A stretch of 63,168 bases of DNA, counting the filler, from Folioceros fuciformis (lineage: Eukaryota), in assembly GCA_049999805.1 (NCBI GenBank). It is 9 parts of 9 records of this genome, joined end to end, with 100 filler letters (N's around TTAATTAATTAA, not from the genome) between each part and the next. Parts side by side here need not be neighbours in the genome. Positions count along the whole stretch, not along the records: positions 1 to 31,852 come from JBNGIO010002281.1; 8 more parts are not named here. The stretch is one strand, 5' to 3'. The notes under the pieces were generated by a model. That model saw nothing but the letters and a program-made list of their open reading frames with translations, ran no database searches and had not been told where the DNA came from. How positions within the stretch are numbered: position 1 is the first letter of the stretch; each line of letters opens with the position of its first letter. Shown in pieces: positions 11,674-25,279 of this stretch. The position numbers and the translations under genes were made by a program.

Positions 11674-14600
11674 TTATGATGCGCCGGCGTCCTGCTCTCG
11701 GAGAGAGAATTTCAGTATCCAGATGTCTCGCTCGAAACGAAGCAGCTCCTGCGTACAGAACGAAGAGATTGAATAGAAGTTCCAGGAGACGAGATACGTT
11801 AACAATCGGCGTAGTGGAACCCCGATTGGGAAGCAGCACTTACTTGAAGTTGCCTCTTGCTGAACAAGTACTCCAATTTCTCTTGCACCACAAGCTTCAC
11901 CAGTTCTTTGCTTGCGTCTGCTGATTCAGCGCCTGCCCGGACAAGGAACGCAATAATCTGCCAAAACGACACGTGCAGCAGGAGTTTGAGCAAGCAGATG
12001 AACATCCGTGAAAGAGGCTCCCCCAGAGCTCGGCTGACAAAAACTGCAGAAATGGAAGTCTAATTTGCACCCACCTGCATAGATCGAAGAACGAGTTCGG
12101 GGATGCAGCAGCGACGACACAGTCCCCTCGTGATGTAATCTGCAGGTGTCTGCAGCTCCACGTCTCCGTCTACGTAACATGCATCGATTCGTGCTACTTC
12201 CAAAGCATACCCTACTTGGAAGTGTGGCAGCTCCCCTGCAAATTTCGTAAGAGACATGCGCGTTGAACGAACTACCTCACACATCAAGACTCAATCAAGC
12301 AACTATGCACATGCATCCAATTAACTCTCCAATTACCTTTGACCGCTGTCGCCATAATCCGCGCAAGGATCCCCCCCTCCTGACTGAAAAGTGCACCAAT
12401 CCCGTCACCATTTTCAGGTGAGCAGCGCAGAGCAACGTTCAGATAACTTTCGTCTGTAGAGTTCACGGACACATTCACCTGGCAACAAAAAGGAGTCAGC
12501 TTAAGGTTACGGCTGTGTCTGCAGAAGGAAGAGCTTCACAAAAGGACATAAGCTTCTTACAGTAAGCTCTCTCTGTATAACGACGTGATCACCAGCAGCT
12601 GTATACAGAGCGCTGGTCAATGCTGTGCAGACTGTGGCATCTGGGATCAAGCAGGTGCCCGCAGATGAGGTCAAAACAGCAGTGGCTTTCAACTCTAGCC
12701 ATCCGTTGGCTCCAGAGGGAACTTCCGCCCCGCTATCTGCTAACCACAGCACATCCTTTCCTGCGAAACACAACGGAAGTCATGTAAACCGCATGCGGTG
12801 ATCAAGCCAACGTGTCTACGTCAGGTCTCCGCTTGAGTAAAGCAGAAACTCACTTTTCAGCAGGGCAAAGGCAGCATCCAAAGCCTGCCTAGCTGCCCCA
12901 ATTGTTTTCTCCATTTCTTCCGACGTCAACTTATTAGGGAGTAGACTTGCGCTCGCCTCTTCTACCTTGTACCAATTCCGGTACAGAGCATCACACGCAT
13001 AGTATTCCCTCTGAAACATGAGCGTAGTCCCACAGCATATTGTAAGTATTGCAGATCCGTGGGCAAAGCGATCTGTCGAGAACGACCATACCAATCTTGC
13101 GAGACAGACTTACCCAATCATTGAACTCCAAAAGATTATCATGAACTCTATGCTGGTTAAGAGAAAGAAGGTTGTCCATAGGCTGCTTCAGAGGCTCTGC
13201 CAGGTGCCCAAGTAGCACATGGGCCCCAGCGGGCAGCTTCAATGTGCGCCAGAGTGAAATTAGTGCAAATTCCCTGAAAAGGAGGTTGCTGCAGACACAG
13301 AAGAGCAGATAATCAGCTTCAATCCTTGCCAGGTGTCTCACAAATGTAGTGCGGGACACAGGACACACCTGTATTGAAGAGCTCTCGCAAGAAGTTCACC
13401 ACCGAGAAGATCTGCGTTGCGCACAGTTGGGGGAGGGGTGAAGCATAACCATTGCACTGTGTGAGCCTTACGTGCACTTTCCACTCTCTGATGCTCTCCT
13501 GCTTCTTCTACCTTCACGTGCCTCACCCCTGGTTTCAATTCACGGGCGCTGCTGAGAACCCTGTTCACATCGATAAGATACGGGTCAGGCGAATGGACAC
13601 AGTCTAGACTACATTAGAAAGTAGTTTCAGTCTACGTCTAGAGCACCACATCGCACTCCAGGCAAATCCTACTCCCAACATTACACATCAACCTGGTTTG
13701 CAGAACATCCTTAAACAACCACTAGAGACCTTTGCAAAATTTCTGAAACAGATCCCTTGGAAGCAGTGTCTTCAGGTGTAAAGGGGAGGTACTCTACAGC
13801 AGACTTGAAAATCTTGTACTTCACCAGGACGCTGTAACCGAAGTGCGTTGATTAGGTCGGCGATAAAGAAGATACTCACACAGTCCTTCAACAGATTCGA
13901 CAAACCTTTCGTTCTGCCGAAGGTCCATCATGTGCACAAAGAGTTCAACACACAAATGAGGGGCTAGTTGTGCGGCATAGACACCTACGAGCTCCTCCTT
14001 TTGCTGTGTGAAGAGAAATATAGCATACCTGCGTACATCAGCAAACCGTCATACTCACGAGACGGCATTGCCGTAAGAAAACATATCTGACCAAGCAGGG
14101 TTGAGCGCACCCACGTGTTTAAGATTAAGTCACCACTAAGCAAAAGCTTCTCTTTAAACGCTTCCCTAATCGTATCTGGCAGAACTGCCCGTAGCACGAG
14201 CACTAAGTGAGCAGCAAATCGAATCATTTGGGGATGACCGTGCGGTCTGTAAAGCGAGACACCAGTTAGTTCACATCTGAGCAGTCTGTGATACCTACCA
14301 CAACAAATACCGAGCTCGAAAAAAAAAATTACCGGACAAGGGTTCCCTCTTCTCGAGATGGTACAACCCATTCCCTCAGAGCATCAAGTAGGTGCCCTAC
14401 CTCTCCTAACATCAGGCTCATCTGTTACAACATAATGTATGAAGAGGATGAATCACAAACCTTCCTGGCAGACAGCGTTTCACACTTGTTGAAGACATAC
14501 CAAACTGATCAGCTGCAGACATATACTGACCTGCACAAGTCTTTGGTGCTCTCGAGAGCTCCGATGCACATTCTCATGGACCAGATCCCTTGAAACACGG

Positions 14601-17456
14601 ACAACCAATGTAAGTCAGATGCATGCATCATCTGAACTAGAAGTCTATGGGCTTGAACGGTGTCATACCCTGTTTGCAGCCTTTGGAACAGACCCATCAG
14701 ATCACGAGGTTGTTGATTTACAACTGGATGAGGCCAGCTGTTTGGACCTGCTGTTGTTTCCATATCATCAGCCGGCCCAATGTTGCGAGCCACGTTTATG
14801 CTGCACTTGTGGAGCTCCAGGTCCACTTGTACATCCAGCCAAGACCTCACCAGTGACCAACAAGCTGACTGAAACAACACGTCGAAAATCCGGTAGAGCT
14901 TCAAGATGAAGAGATGCAGGCCTGAAAATAATTTAGACCAGTCTTCCACCTACCTCCCAATCCAGACACACTGGTAACATTCGCATAACATTGCTGCATT
15001 GAGCTGCGTACACAGCTGCCTCATATCTTCCTTCATCTGAGTGCTCACCAATTTTCTGAAAAAGGAAATAACAAGATTTTCGATACACATCCAAGCCCCT
15101 TAAAAAAAAGCCTAGTGAGCTTTACATTGAAAGAGTAGCGAAGGACGGTAGACATAGGAAGACTCACTATCTCCATACCAGACATGCTCAGACTGAAGGA
15201 GACAGAAAGGAGAACCAGGCCTGTACCTTGTCCACCCCACAAAGGCATTTGAAAGAATACCTGTGAAGCATGGAAGCAAGCCCATTTCCACAGGCGACGT
15301 TGGTGACCATATCCACTTTCCAGTTCAAGAGCTTGGAGAGTTCGGTCTTTGCCTTGGTTAGACCAAGACTCTACTGAAGGCGAAGGACCAATGTCACCGC
15401 AGCCCCCCAAACTGGCAGCTCTCCATGCCTGGAACATCATGTTGACCAAGATTAGATGACACCAAAAATTTGACATAAAATGTCTAAGCAAGAGAAATTT
15501 CTCTGACCTATATTGTGCGAGCAACTCAAAACAACAAAAATCAAGCTGTGATTTCCATATTCATGCTAAGAAATGCGAAGAAATTTACACCTGACCAGCA
15601 ATTCGGCAAAGCTGTCTTGCTTCCCCAAGTCTGCCAGCCCGTATGAGTCTCCAGACATCTTCAAGGAGGCCTCCCTCCAATTTCTTTCACCCACACGTTG
15701 AAACTCAGACACACATCAGTTGAAAGGGGCACAAACCTCCATCAAACTGATATTATGCACGGTCAGTACCTGGTCTTCAGGGTGAATAAGAGCATTTTCT
15801 CGGGTTGGAGCATCTGGATCCAAATGTTGAACAAGTGTAGCTTGACCAGCCCGTTTCCGAATAGACCGTTGTGTTTGATACCAAATGCCTAAATTTTGCC
15901 CGTAGGATCCAACATACCACCCTTTCTTCTGCAGGAAGAAACAGCAATCATTATGAAACATCCTCATCCCCCACAACTACGGAGCTTGTACGTGCAGACT
16001 GCCCTGAGAACACATAGCTCGCCTGTTTCTCAGAGTCAAGCTCTTTCGAAGCAAGCTCCTCGAGCCATTGAACTATCCGTAGACATTTTTGGGCTGTTTC
16101 ATCTGTTGCAATAAACTGACATGCGCTTTGCTGGGATGTGGCTGGAGTCTGTCAAGAATACGGGCATTGATGACAACTTCAAAGAAAGACATCGCTTGAA
16201 GCCACAGCTCGTCCGAAGATTTTGAAATTAACACCACACTAGCCTCTGACGAGTTTGAAAGCAATACCACAATAGCGTCTGAAGAATGGAAGTCCTCGGG
16301 ACCTGCACACCGTGGTATAACAAAAGTCGACTCAGCACTCTCTATCTTCAACTGGCCAAGCGTATTCTGTCTGACCAGCATAAGGGTTAGGGGCTTGCCT
16401 TTGCCAAACAAGTGCCACAGCAAGGCCCATGATGCCGCTTCACCATGCAGCATTTGACCCTTCAGCCGCATCAAACGATCCTCAGTGACACGGTGTCTAT
16501 CAGCTGCTTCTTCTCTGTGAAGCGTGAAAATCTACTGAGCAATGCCCTCCTTCAAAAGTTATGCCAAAAAAATTACCATGCCAAAAGCAATCATATAATG
16601 GCATTGAGGTACCTGACCAACTCTGCAAGCTCCCTGCACGCGCTTTCAAAGTGCTGCAGGAGTTCTTGAAAGCTTATAAAACCTACAAGATCCGCCCCTT
16701 AAAAAACTTTCAAACGTACAATTGTGTGGATAGACACCGCCAGGCTGTAAAATCTACCTTGCGAAGCAGCATCCATGATTGAAGCAAACCGTGCAAACGA
16801 GCTCTCAGCACTGTCAGCAACCTCCTCTCCTGGTTCCTGAAACCCAGAACACAGATCGAGTCACGACCTTTCAAACACAGCAAAAGAAAAACCTCGCCCC
16901 GACCGTGTTAAAAACAACACTACAAAGCGTCAAGAAAACTGTTCACAAAGAGAGGTAGAAATACGAAAAAAAGTACAGACTTGCTTCACAGTGATCAATC
17001 CGATTGGAGAAGCAGCTGGCCTGGCCAAACTCCTGTCTGTCAACTTGTTGACTCCAGCTGCACTCTTGGGAGCTGCAGAACCTGGCCACTCCTCTTCTTC
17101 TTCCTCCTCCGGCTCTGACTTTCCCCTACTTCGCACTGCAGACCAGTCCGGTGTGAGCGAGTCGGGGAAGAATTTGGTGGTCCTGCTAGGGGTCTGAAAG
17201 CCCTCCAGAGGTGCATCTTTGGTCGGTGTTGCATCCAGAAATGCTCCTGTAGCGGAGACGATCCTTTGCAAATCCGGACTGAGAGGCTGCGAACCGATTG
17301 ATCTTCGCTTCCTGTCACCAGCATCCCGTCCCGCATTAGACCACACTCAGGCATTGCAAAAGCATGCACGCACGCAAGCCACCTGTAGCGGCGAAAGCGC
17401 TCCCTCCCGGCGACATCATCCAAGTCCTCCAGCTTGTCCTCCATATCCGCCTCCAT
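11674..17456 (-). CDS. NUP107: Nuclear pore complex protein NUP107, multi-exon
   Basis: Exon peptides match recalled plant NUP107: RERFRRY, GEAASWALLWHLFGKG, GIWYQTQR..HLDPDAPTRE, WRAASL..RTLQALELESGYGHQRRLWKWA, HGHPQMIRFAAHLVLVLR, REYYACDALYRNW, LCRRCCIPELVLRSMQV, LFSKRQLQ|ELLRFERD. Stop TAA at 11674-11676. Confidence 0.92.
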
Positions 17457-17760
17457 AGCTGTTTGAATTCACAGCCCCCGAAAACGTTCGGGCTCAAGTC
17501 TTCTTTGAGGAATAAGACGACTGAAATTAAAGAAAGTCTGAGAAAGGGCCCTAATCATACTCCATAAGCGACGGCGGGTGTTTTGTATAACAAACTCAAC
17601 GCGAATGCTGGCCACCGGGTGAATATAGGGGGTGGACGAGGAAGAGAAATTTCGTCAAAATCCACTTAGGAAGAACGGATTTCGAGTCGTGCGAATGAAA
17701 TATAACAGCTATAATCCAAACAGAAAGAAATGATCATCGATCGAACGGGGGTAACTTGGC

Positions 17761-17768
17761 TAGGGTTT
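17761..17768 (-). promoter_or_regulatory. Telo-box (AAACCCTA) about 300 bp upstream of NUP107
   Basis: TAGGGTTT on the + strand. Telo-boxes are common in plant housekeeping promoters, but an 8-mer can occur by chance. Confidence 0.3.
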
Positions 17769-18362
17769 AGCTCGACTCTCCACTCCAGAGGGCTGAACGC
17801 AGACGCCGTACATGTGATCCCTGACCCTGTAGAACTAAACACGTCTGACCGCGGCTTCATCTGGCTCCATCACATCGCGCGCAGCTTCTGTTCCAGTTGG
17901 GAATTTTTATTCAATGGTGGCCTCTGTGAAGAAGGCCTGCGTCCTCTTGCCATTTCCGAGCGTATGAGGTTCTGGTTCCAATCATGAGAGCTGTAGCAGA
18001 CACGTCTCGTCCAGTGACGAGGCCGCATGAGCTGGTCACCTGATTCAAGGACGCGAAGGGAAGCAGGCCTCCTTGATGCGCAGGACCGGTGAGCAGCCAT
18101 AACATTCGTTTCACAGAAGTCCGACGACCACCATCCGGCATGCCACTGGCGAGTTCTGTGTCCTGGATCGGAGGAACAACCCTTTGGGCATGACGCAGAC
18201 ACAAAAGAGGTCTGTCATTTCCAGTCCATAATTAAAGACTATCTTCATAGACGAAGAGCCCACGAGTACGACATACACAGAATAAATTGCCAAGGCTGAA
18301 CACCTTGGGTAGAAGATGTACTGCTTTACTGCAAAAATGACATGATCCTCGGACCATAAGGC

Positions 18363-19045
18363 TTAGAACCGCAGCTTGGAGAAAAACCACCGGTTCTTGC
18401 CAGTCTTAAACCTCTCCTCGAAAACTGTCTTGGTCTCCTGAGAAAATCCCATGCCAACCAGCGATGAGTCTACGAACAACAGTATGCTTGGAGAATAAGC
18501 TACAAAGCCGCTATGCAGAGGTGAACACGGCAGGCACAAACCTTACGAGCTTCTACTCGCTTGGCCTTTGTTTCTAGCTTCTCAGGCACAACAACGTTCT
18601 TGAGGTCCACGTCCAGAGTATACCTGTCGAGCAGGTATTCATCAACAACATGCAAAGCAAACCCACACCGGATCTAACAGGATCACAAAACACGAGACAG
18701 GGGCAAATGCCACACCTGGTAGGCATGATGTGGTTGTAGTTCACAACCTTGATGAACGCTTTCAACCTTGAGCGCTTGGCGATCGTCTTCGCAGAAGCCT
18801 TCTTGATCACCTGCTCATCAAAGGTCCCAGTTAGCCCTAGCCTCCGTTCAATCAGACTCCAGACCTCTGGAGTGTCATCCGCTGCGCACCTTCCTAGGAT
18901 ACTTTGCAATACCCGCAACCAGGGCATGCCCGTACCGCCGCTGTTGCGTGCCTTCATCGAAATTCCTCACAATTACGGCCTTCCGCCCGGCGTACCGGCC
19001 ATGAAGGAGCACAACCACCTTGTTTTGCTTCAGAAACTTCACCAT
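18363..19045 (-). CDS. RPL27: 60S ribosomal protein eL27, 4 exons
   Basis: [26 protein letters not shown]...|[23 protein letters not shown]...|[24 protein letters not shown]. Confidence 0.97.
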
Positions 19046-19198
19046 GTCTGCCAACCGCGAGGAAGCGCTCCCTCCGCCTCGGTCCGCTGACAACCCTGAC
19101 CATACAAATGGCCCGTAAGGGTCGACAGGAAGCTTTCGACCTGTATTTCTAATAAACCCCCACGGCTGCCACAACCTCCACAACTCGTTTTCGCTTTC

Positions 19199-19293
19199 AA
19201 TTCTCTATTGAATATGCCACACTGCGTTACCCACATGGCATACCAAATTCTCTATCGAAGATGCCAAACTGCGTTACCCATATGGCATACCAA
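19199..19293. repeat. 47-bp direct duplication in the RPL27 upstream region
   Basis: AATTCTCTAT(T/C)GAA(T/G)ATGCCA(C/A)ACTGCGTTACCCA(C/T)ATGGCATACCA occurs twice, at 19199 and 19246. Confidence 0.85.
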
Positions 19294-19649
19294 ACCGGAG
19301 AGAAGGGTCTCTTGGAACCTTTCTTTTAAGGAACAAGGATTGGCTTCTTTGGGTTTTGGGTCTTTGGGTTAAATTCGGGCCTTTGTTCGGTTTAGTAACA
19401 CGACAACGCCAACCTCTTTTTTTTCATATAGTGCATGCTGGTCGTTTAGGCTTGGTAGGTCACACTGGTTTTGGGTTTAGGGCTCCTTGGTGGCGGTGGA
19501 GACCTTGCAACTTCAGACTTACGGTTCCTCATTTAGGGGTTCATGCTTAGTGGTGGAATCGTTTTCTCTCTCTCCACCTTCCGTCTCATGCCTCTCCTCC
19601 ACCCCCATGCCTCCCCCTACTCTCGCGAGTCCCCACTTAGCACACCTAC

Positions 19650-22600
19650 AAGCGGCTCACCCTATTCCACCATGCCTATGCCTCCCTCTATCCCTCCATA
19701 GCTGCACGACGGCCAAGCTTGCAGCTCATCCTATTCCGCCATGCCTATGCCTCCCCCTATCCCTCCATAGCTGCATGACGGCCAAGCATGCAGCTCACGC
19801 CTTAGGCGCCCTATGTGCACCCATCACCCTCCCCTCTATGGTCTTATAGCCCTTAGTGTGGGGCCTGTGCAAGGTTCCATGACCTTAGGCGCCCTGGCTG
19901 TCGACCTCCTGCTCTGTCATACAGCGATGTAGGAGGGGCCACATGCCATCGCAAGTAGCGATAGCCTAAGGCCTCCAAGCTGCAGCCCACTCAGTCATAC
20001 ATCGATGTAGGAGGGCCAGTAGCGATAGCCTAAGGCCTCCAAGCTGCAGCCCACTCAGTCATACATCGATGTAGGAGGGCCATCTGGCCACTGCAAGTAG
20101 CAATGACCTGAGGACCCCAAGTTGCAGCACCCCCCGGGAGGTAGTTTATGCACTTCAGCCCAACCTTGAATACTCTGTCCCCTACATCTTTAACTGCTAC
20201 ACACCTGCACACGCTGTTAGTGGTAATTCATACTCTCCCTCCTGTACACGTCGATGCAGGATTGGTGGCTGTGCAAATGTCTTACCACAATTAGCAGTGT
20301 AACCGCCTATAATACAGGTGCTTCAGATGCGTCGTTGTGACCACATTGTAGTCCCGGAATGCTACAATCGTCATTATCCTCATTGTCCACACCATACACA
20401 CATGGTGCCACTATCCCTACAAGCCTTTTTGCCTCTTGGAATGCATTGTGGGAACGTGTCCAAGAATGTCCCCATCTCCATATTTCATTTTCTGCACATG
20501 TGTAAATTCCACACCCAGACACCCTCACCCATCGCGGAGTCATGTGCCTACCAAAGGTGACAAATACTTGAGGCATACTCAAATCTTATAGGTAGCATAC
20601 TTAATGCGAGCAAGTTGAGGCCCATTATTGTAGGTAGTGTACTTGGTGCGTGGGGGCTGAGGCCCATTCTAGTAGGTGGCAAGAAAGCAACAGCTAGCGA
20701 TAAGGAATTCACAACTATTGGCCAGGAAGAAACCGGACTTTGCTTGGTTTCTTTAGCAACTTTGTCATAAGAAAGAAGATTTGGCTTGGTTTCTTCAACA
20801 ACAAGCACGTCCTCAACACGAATTTGCTTGGGTTGTTGAAATTTGTGTCTTTCATGAGTTATCCTATAAGATGTAGCAATCGCAGTGAGGGTCAGCCTAA
20901 ACCCTAGTTATGATCACCGCAATATAAGATGGTTGAGAGCTTTGCGGTTTTGCTGCCTTGTGCGATAAAGCAATGCTAAAGAAACCGTAAAAAGCCCAAT
21001 GGATAAATGTAAAATGATATTGAACGTCCATTTAAGAAATGTTCTTGAAAAAAAAAACTCTAAAACATTTGAACAACTTCGAATGTCCGGTATGGAAAAA
21101 TCCATATTTCAAGGTAATGCCTAAACCGAATCCATATTTCAAGGTGATGCCTAAACCGAATCCATATTTCAAGGTGATGCCTAAATCGAATCCATATTTC
21201 AAGGTGATGCCTAAATCGAACATAGCCAAAAAAAGCATCTTGGGATATATACCCTAGATACCTAAGGTAAAAAGCCAAAAATAGTCCAGTCTCCCCTTTG
21301 TTCAATTTGGTGTGCCTTATATCCAACCTGGCTTGAGAGCTTTTCTTTTCAATTTTCTACAAAATCAAGAATATATATTATATAGGTAATAAAAATATGA
21401 TTTCTAAGAAGAAGGGAATACAGATACAGGTACGGTGTCATTTTCACCAACTACTTTTTCAGTCTAGGAACCGTCTAGCTTTGCTACTCTCGGCATGGAC
21501 CGAGCGAGCGTTTTTATGATTTTTAATCGCCATATATAGTATCCGATATCCCATGAATTCAAATGTCTTCATATATATCGAAACTTAAATCCTTTATAGT
21601 AGGGGAACTAGATGACCTTCAATAAGTTGAGAATCTTGTTATCATTCTTAGAAAAATGAATTGTCAAAGTTCACTACATCTCGGGTTAGTTGTTGAGCAT
21701 TAGCTCATGCTTACTTCTCCATCTTCAATTATGTTGATTAACACAGGTTCCATGCAGGGTCCTCCAATACACTCTTCTAAAAGTTTTAACTATCACCTTT
21801 TACCCATACGTGAGTCATGGGCTTTGCTTGCTGTTCTATATCGTGATCATATTTTTTCTAAAGAATACAAAACATTCATCACTTTTAATTCAAAACCTTT
21901 TATGTGCCTCAGAGAACTTATAGTCCGAGAACTATCCTAGCACCCTTGGATAAGTTTTCAATGGCCAAGGAAGAGTTTTGGGTGGAAGGCGATTCTGCTA
22001 AATAAGCTACCAATTTCAAGCTCGGTTCCGGCTGCTGATCACATTTCTTTTGATCTCTCCCTTTTCTTCTCCCCCTGCTCATACTAACACCAAGGGCCTT
22101 CCATTTTCAAGATTGTTTGACAATCCAACGGCCCACTGTCCCTTTTAAGTCGTCAGTTGGATGTAATGGATGCTTGTTTGCTACCCTAACCCACTCTAAC
22201 AGGAGTTCAACTCCTCCAACCTCTCCACTAACATCTTTTGTTGTGTTCTTCTTGCTTCTAACACGTCCCAAGTAGGTCTGACCAACTGTCTGTGGGCCCC
22301 GCAGAATTGCTCTTAGGACTAAACTAACAAATTGACAAGTGCTCCTCCCATGACGATTATGCGTTAACCACTGTGGGAACCGTTAAGGGAGATGCTGCAG
22401 GAGTGAAGCTGAATGGCCCGGACGCAACCTCAGCCGTCATGGAAACAGCGGTGGAAGAAGCCCTTGCAGACAGCCACTCAACAATAAGAAGGTAGCGCCC
22501 ACCAGATCTAGAAGAGTAGACAACAACCAAGGATCAGCAAAGGCTGTTGGTAGGGCTAGCAAGGGGGCTGACAGTTCGTCAAGTTGATGGTAGGGTAGAC

Positions 22601-23800
22601 TAGTCTAGAATAATGGTGTGCTATAAACTATTGTTTTGATTGTCGTGTCCTAGTAGTCAACCTGTAGAGAGAGGAAAGGGACTAGAGGTAGGAGTCCTCT
22701 AGAAGAGGCTGTGAGCCTCTAGCACTCGTTTGTCACTTCACAATCTCGCTTGTGATCTATCTTTGCTTGGTTCTAGACGAGCAGTAAGTTGCTGGTTGTG
22801 TATTATCTAATAGGATCGCGAGCAGTGTGTTGCTGGCTGTATAATGTATGTTAGGATTACGAGCAGTGTGTTGCCGACTGTGTAGTGTCTGGTAGAATAG
22901 CGAACAACGTGTTGCCGGCTGTACAATCGTCTGGTAGAATCGCACATCGTGTTGCCAACTGTGTAGTGTCTGGTAGGATCATGAGGTGTAATGGCCAGGG
23001 TGAAGGGGCTTGCCCATAGCTTTAGATTGTAAAGGATGTGTCTTTCTCTTGATTGTTCACTCTGGTTCCTTGATGGGCAAGTGCTGTATGCTAGCCATGT
23101 TTCATGGTGTCTAGTAAAGTTGTGGGGTGGAGGTATCGGGGAGGGAAGGTGTTTCCCTTTTCTCTACTTTGGGGTTATAACGTTTAGTGACTTTTGCCGA
23201 GTAGGGGAGTCAATAGCGAAGTGTAGAAGGTAGTGGCGTTGTTGCTAGTGTTGGTGCCGAAGTGAGTGAGTGAAGGCACTGAGGGAAGTCATAGAGCTGA
23301 GAGGTTAGTATTGTTGTAGTGGCTGGAGCGGATTTGTGGGCACCGAGAGAGGTGGAGTCAACCGCTGAACAACGAGGACTGTCCCACACCTGATCGGAGC
23401 TAGAGGGGAGCCCTCGAATCCGTCATCCAATAGGTTGAGTTAGACCCTCCATCCATAGCAGCAAGGAACCCCATCGCTCCTTCATGGAAACGAAACCCAA
23501 TGTCTCAACTACAATGGGATAAGTATGGACACTAAAGGTCGAACCCTTTGGCAAACAATTGCCCGGGGTTTTGCCACCACACTTGCTCTTGAGACCAATA
23601 GGGCCATGGGCAAGGACTTTTCGAGGATCATCAAGGACTACGCAAAGGTATGTCATACTCATATAAATGGGGTTCTTTCTTTTCCCTTTATTGTGGTCTC
23701 TTTGCTTCTTTCGATAATGCGTATCCATTGCTTTGTAAAGAGAATTGGCTAACACGAGTTTTAGAACAGCAACAAGCGCAGGTCAAACGCCTTCTTTAGG
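19650..23800. repeat. Repeat-rich, probably TE-derived degenerate interval
   Basis: Local tandem duplications (about 69 bp x2 at 19661-19797, about 61 bp x2 at 19960-20080, about 41 bp x5 at 22779-22980). No recognisable intact ORF. Element class not identified. Confidence 0.45.
21099..21219. repeat. 30-bp minisatellite x4
   Basis: AATCCATATTTCAAGGT(A/G)ATGCCTAAA(C/T)CG repeats at a 30-bp period. Confidence 0.95.
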
Positions 23801-25279
23801 TACCGATGGTAGGTAGGCCTTCTATTATTCCACATGACGACATTTTGGGAGCAATAGGTAGTTTTTGAGAATGATGTTTGAAGGGGCTAGTACCCTTTTG
23901 GCCTTTGGACCTGCTTGGGTTGTTCCTCCTATTTTTTGAATACATGGTACTTTCCATCTCTGTTTTCAAGAATAGAAAATAAAACTAGAGAGTATGCAAA
24001 CTATAAAGACAACCCAAATGACTGAATAGCTAATGTAAAATGCTAAGAGAAAATTCCGAAGATCGTGCTTAGTAAAGACAATTTATTTTAGAGGAAGGCT
24101 CCTATGGAAACTTTGGACCCAAGGGTGGAAGACGTTAAGATGTGTGCTACAAGACACGCAATGTAGAGGAATAAAAATATTCGATTTATTCTGACAACGA
24201 AGGCGAAGAGGTGAGAGACGGAACACACTGGGATTGCTGTGGCACAAATTTGCGCAATGTGTGCACCTGGCCGCCCGATCCTCGTGAGCGAATTCTAGAA
24301 ATGTAAATAAAGCCCGGTTGAAGCGGGGCCGGGCAACGGCTCAATTCCGTGGCCAACGCTCCAGGTCGTTGATTGGAGGGAAACAGGGGCAAAGTAAAAG
24401 AAGCGGGAAAGAAATATCGCTACATTCTGGTCCGCACACGGTGTACGAATGACGCAAATATGAGACATTGTCGGTGTGGGGTTCAAGGGCGGAGCAGAGC
24501 CCTTTATGAGCAGTGGCGGCAGCCCAGGAGGGCGTGGCAGCAGCAGCGGACGCCTATGGGAACCTGCAGCTCCTGTTTTATGTTACCCTCTCGAAATAGA
24601 CGCCATCCAGTACAGGAAGCCGTTCGAGATAGCCCGGAAAGATGGCGGAAAGAATGGGACGCTTCTTTGGTACGTGTCGGTCAGGGGAAGGGAACCGTGG
24701 TGTGCTCGGAAGTGTACTGCTCCGGGTCTGTCCGATTCTCCGTGACGCCCGAGTGTGTGAAACCGGAGCCGCGATCCCCACCGGCCCATAGCTTTGGCGA
24801 GCTCCAGGCGTCGCTGGTACGTGCGATCCTCATCCCCGCAGCGCCGGTACGTGCTGCTTTCCAGCTGGGGGGGATTGTTTTGAATTGCTGTGGTTTGGTC
24901 ACGCGATTGATCCGGCGGAGGTGCGGCAGCAGCTGGAGTGGAAGCCAATGCCGGTGGTGGAATGAGACTGGATGTGCTCAATTTGGAGCGGGATGGAGTC
25001 TGGATGATATTCCTTGGTCGAAGGATATTTTGCTTGTTTCGGGAGGTTTTGACGTTTGGACTCGGATGCTGCAGTGTCGGAAGGAGGCACGGTCTGGAGT
25101 CGGGAATGGAAGAGGATGGAATAAGAGGCAGAGCCGCTTGCAATTGTGTCTACAGTTTGTTCCAGTGATCGAGTAGAGGGATCCAGCGGTCCTCTTCACA
25201 GCGGGGAGGGAGGGAGAAGTGTCGGACTGCGTGGGAATTTGTCAGATTATAGTCATAGAGGTTGTGCAGAGGTGGAAAC

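Noticed and set aside
21099-21219. 30-bp (and 40-bp, 25-bp) repeats as CRISPR-like arrays
   Set aside because: Head-to-tail units with no unique spacers, no cas genes, and a eukaryotic context. These are ordinary minisatellites.
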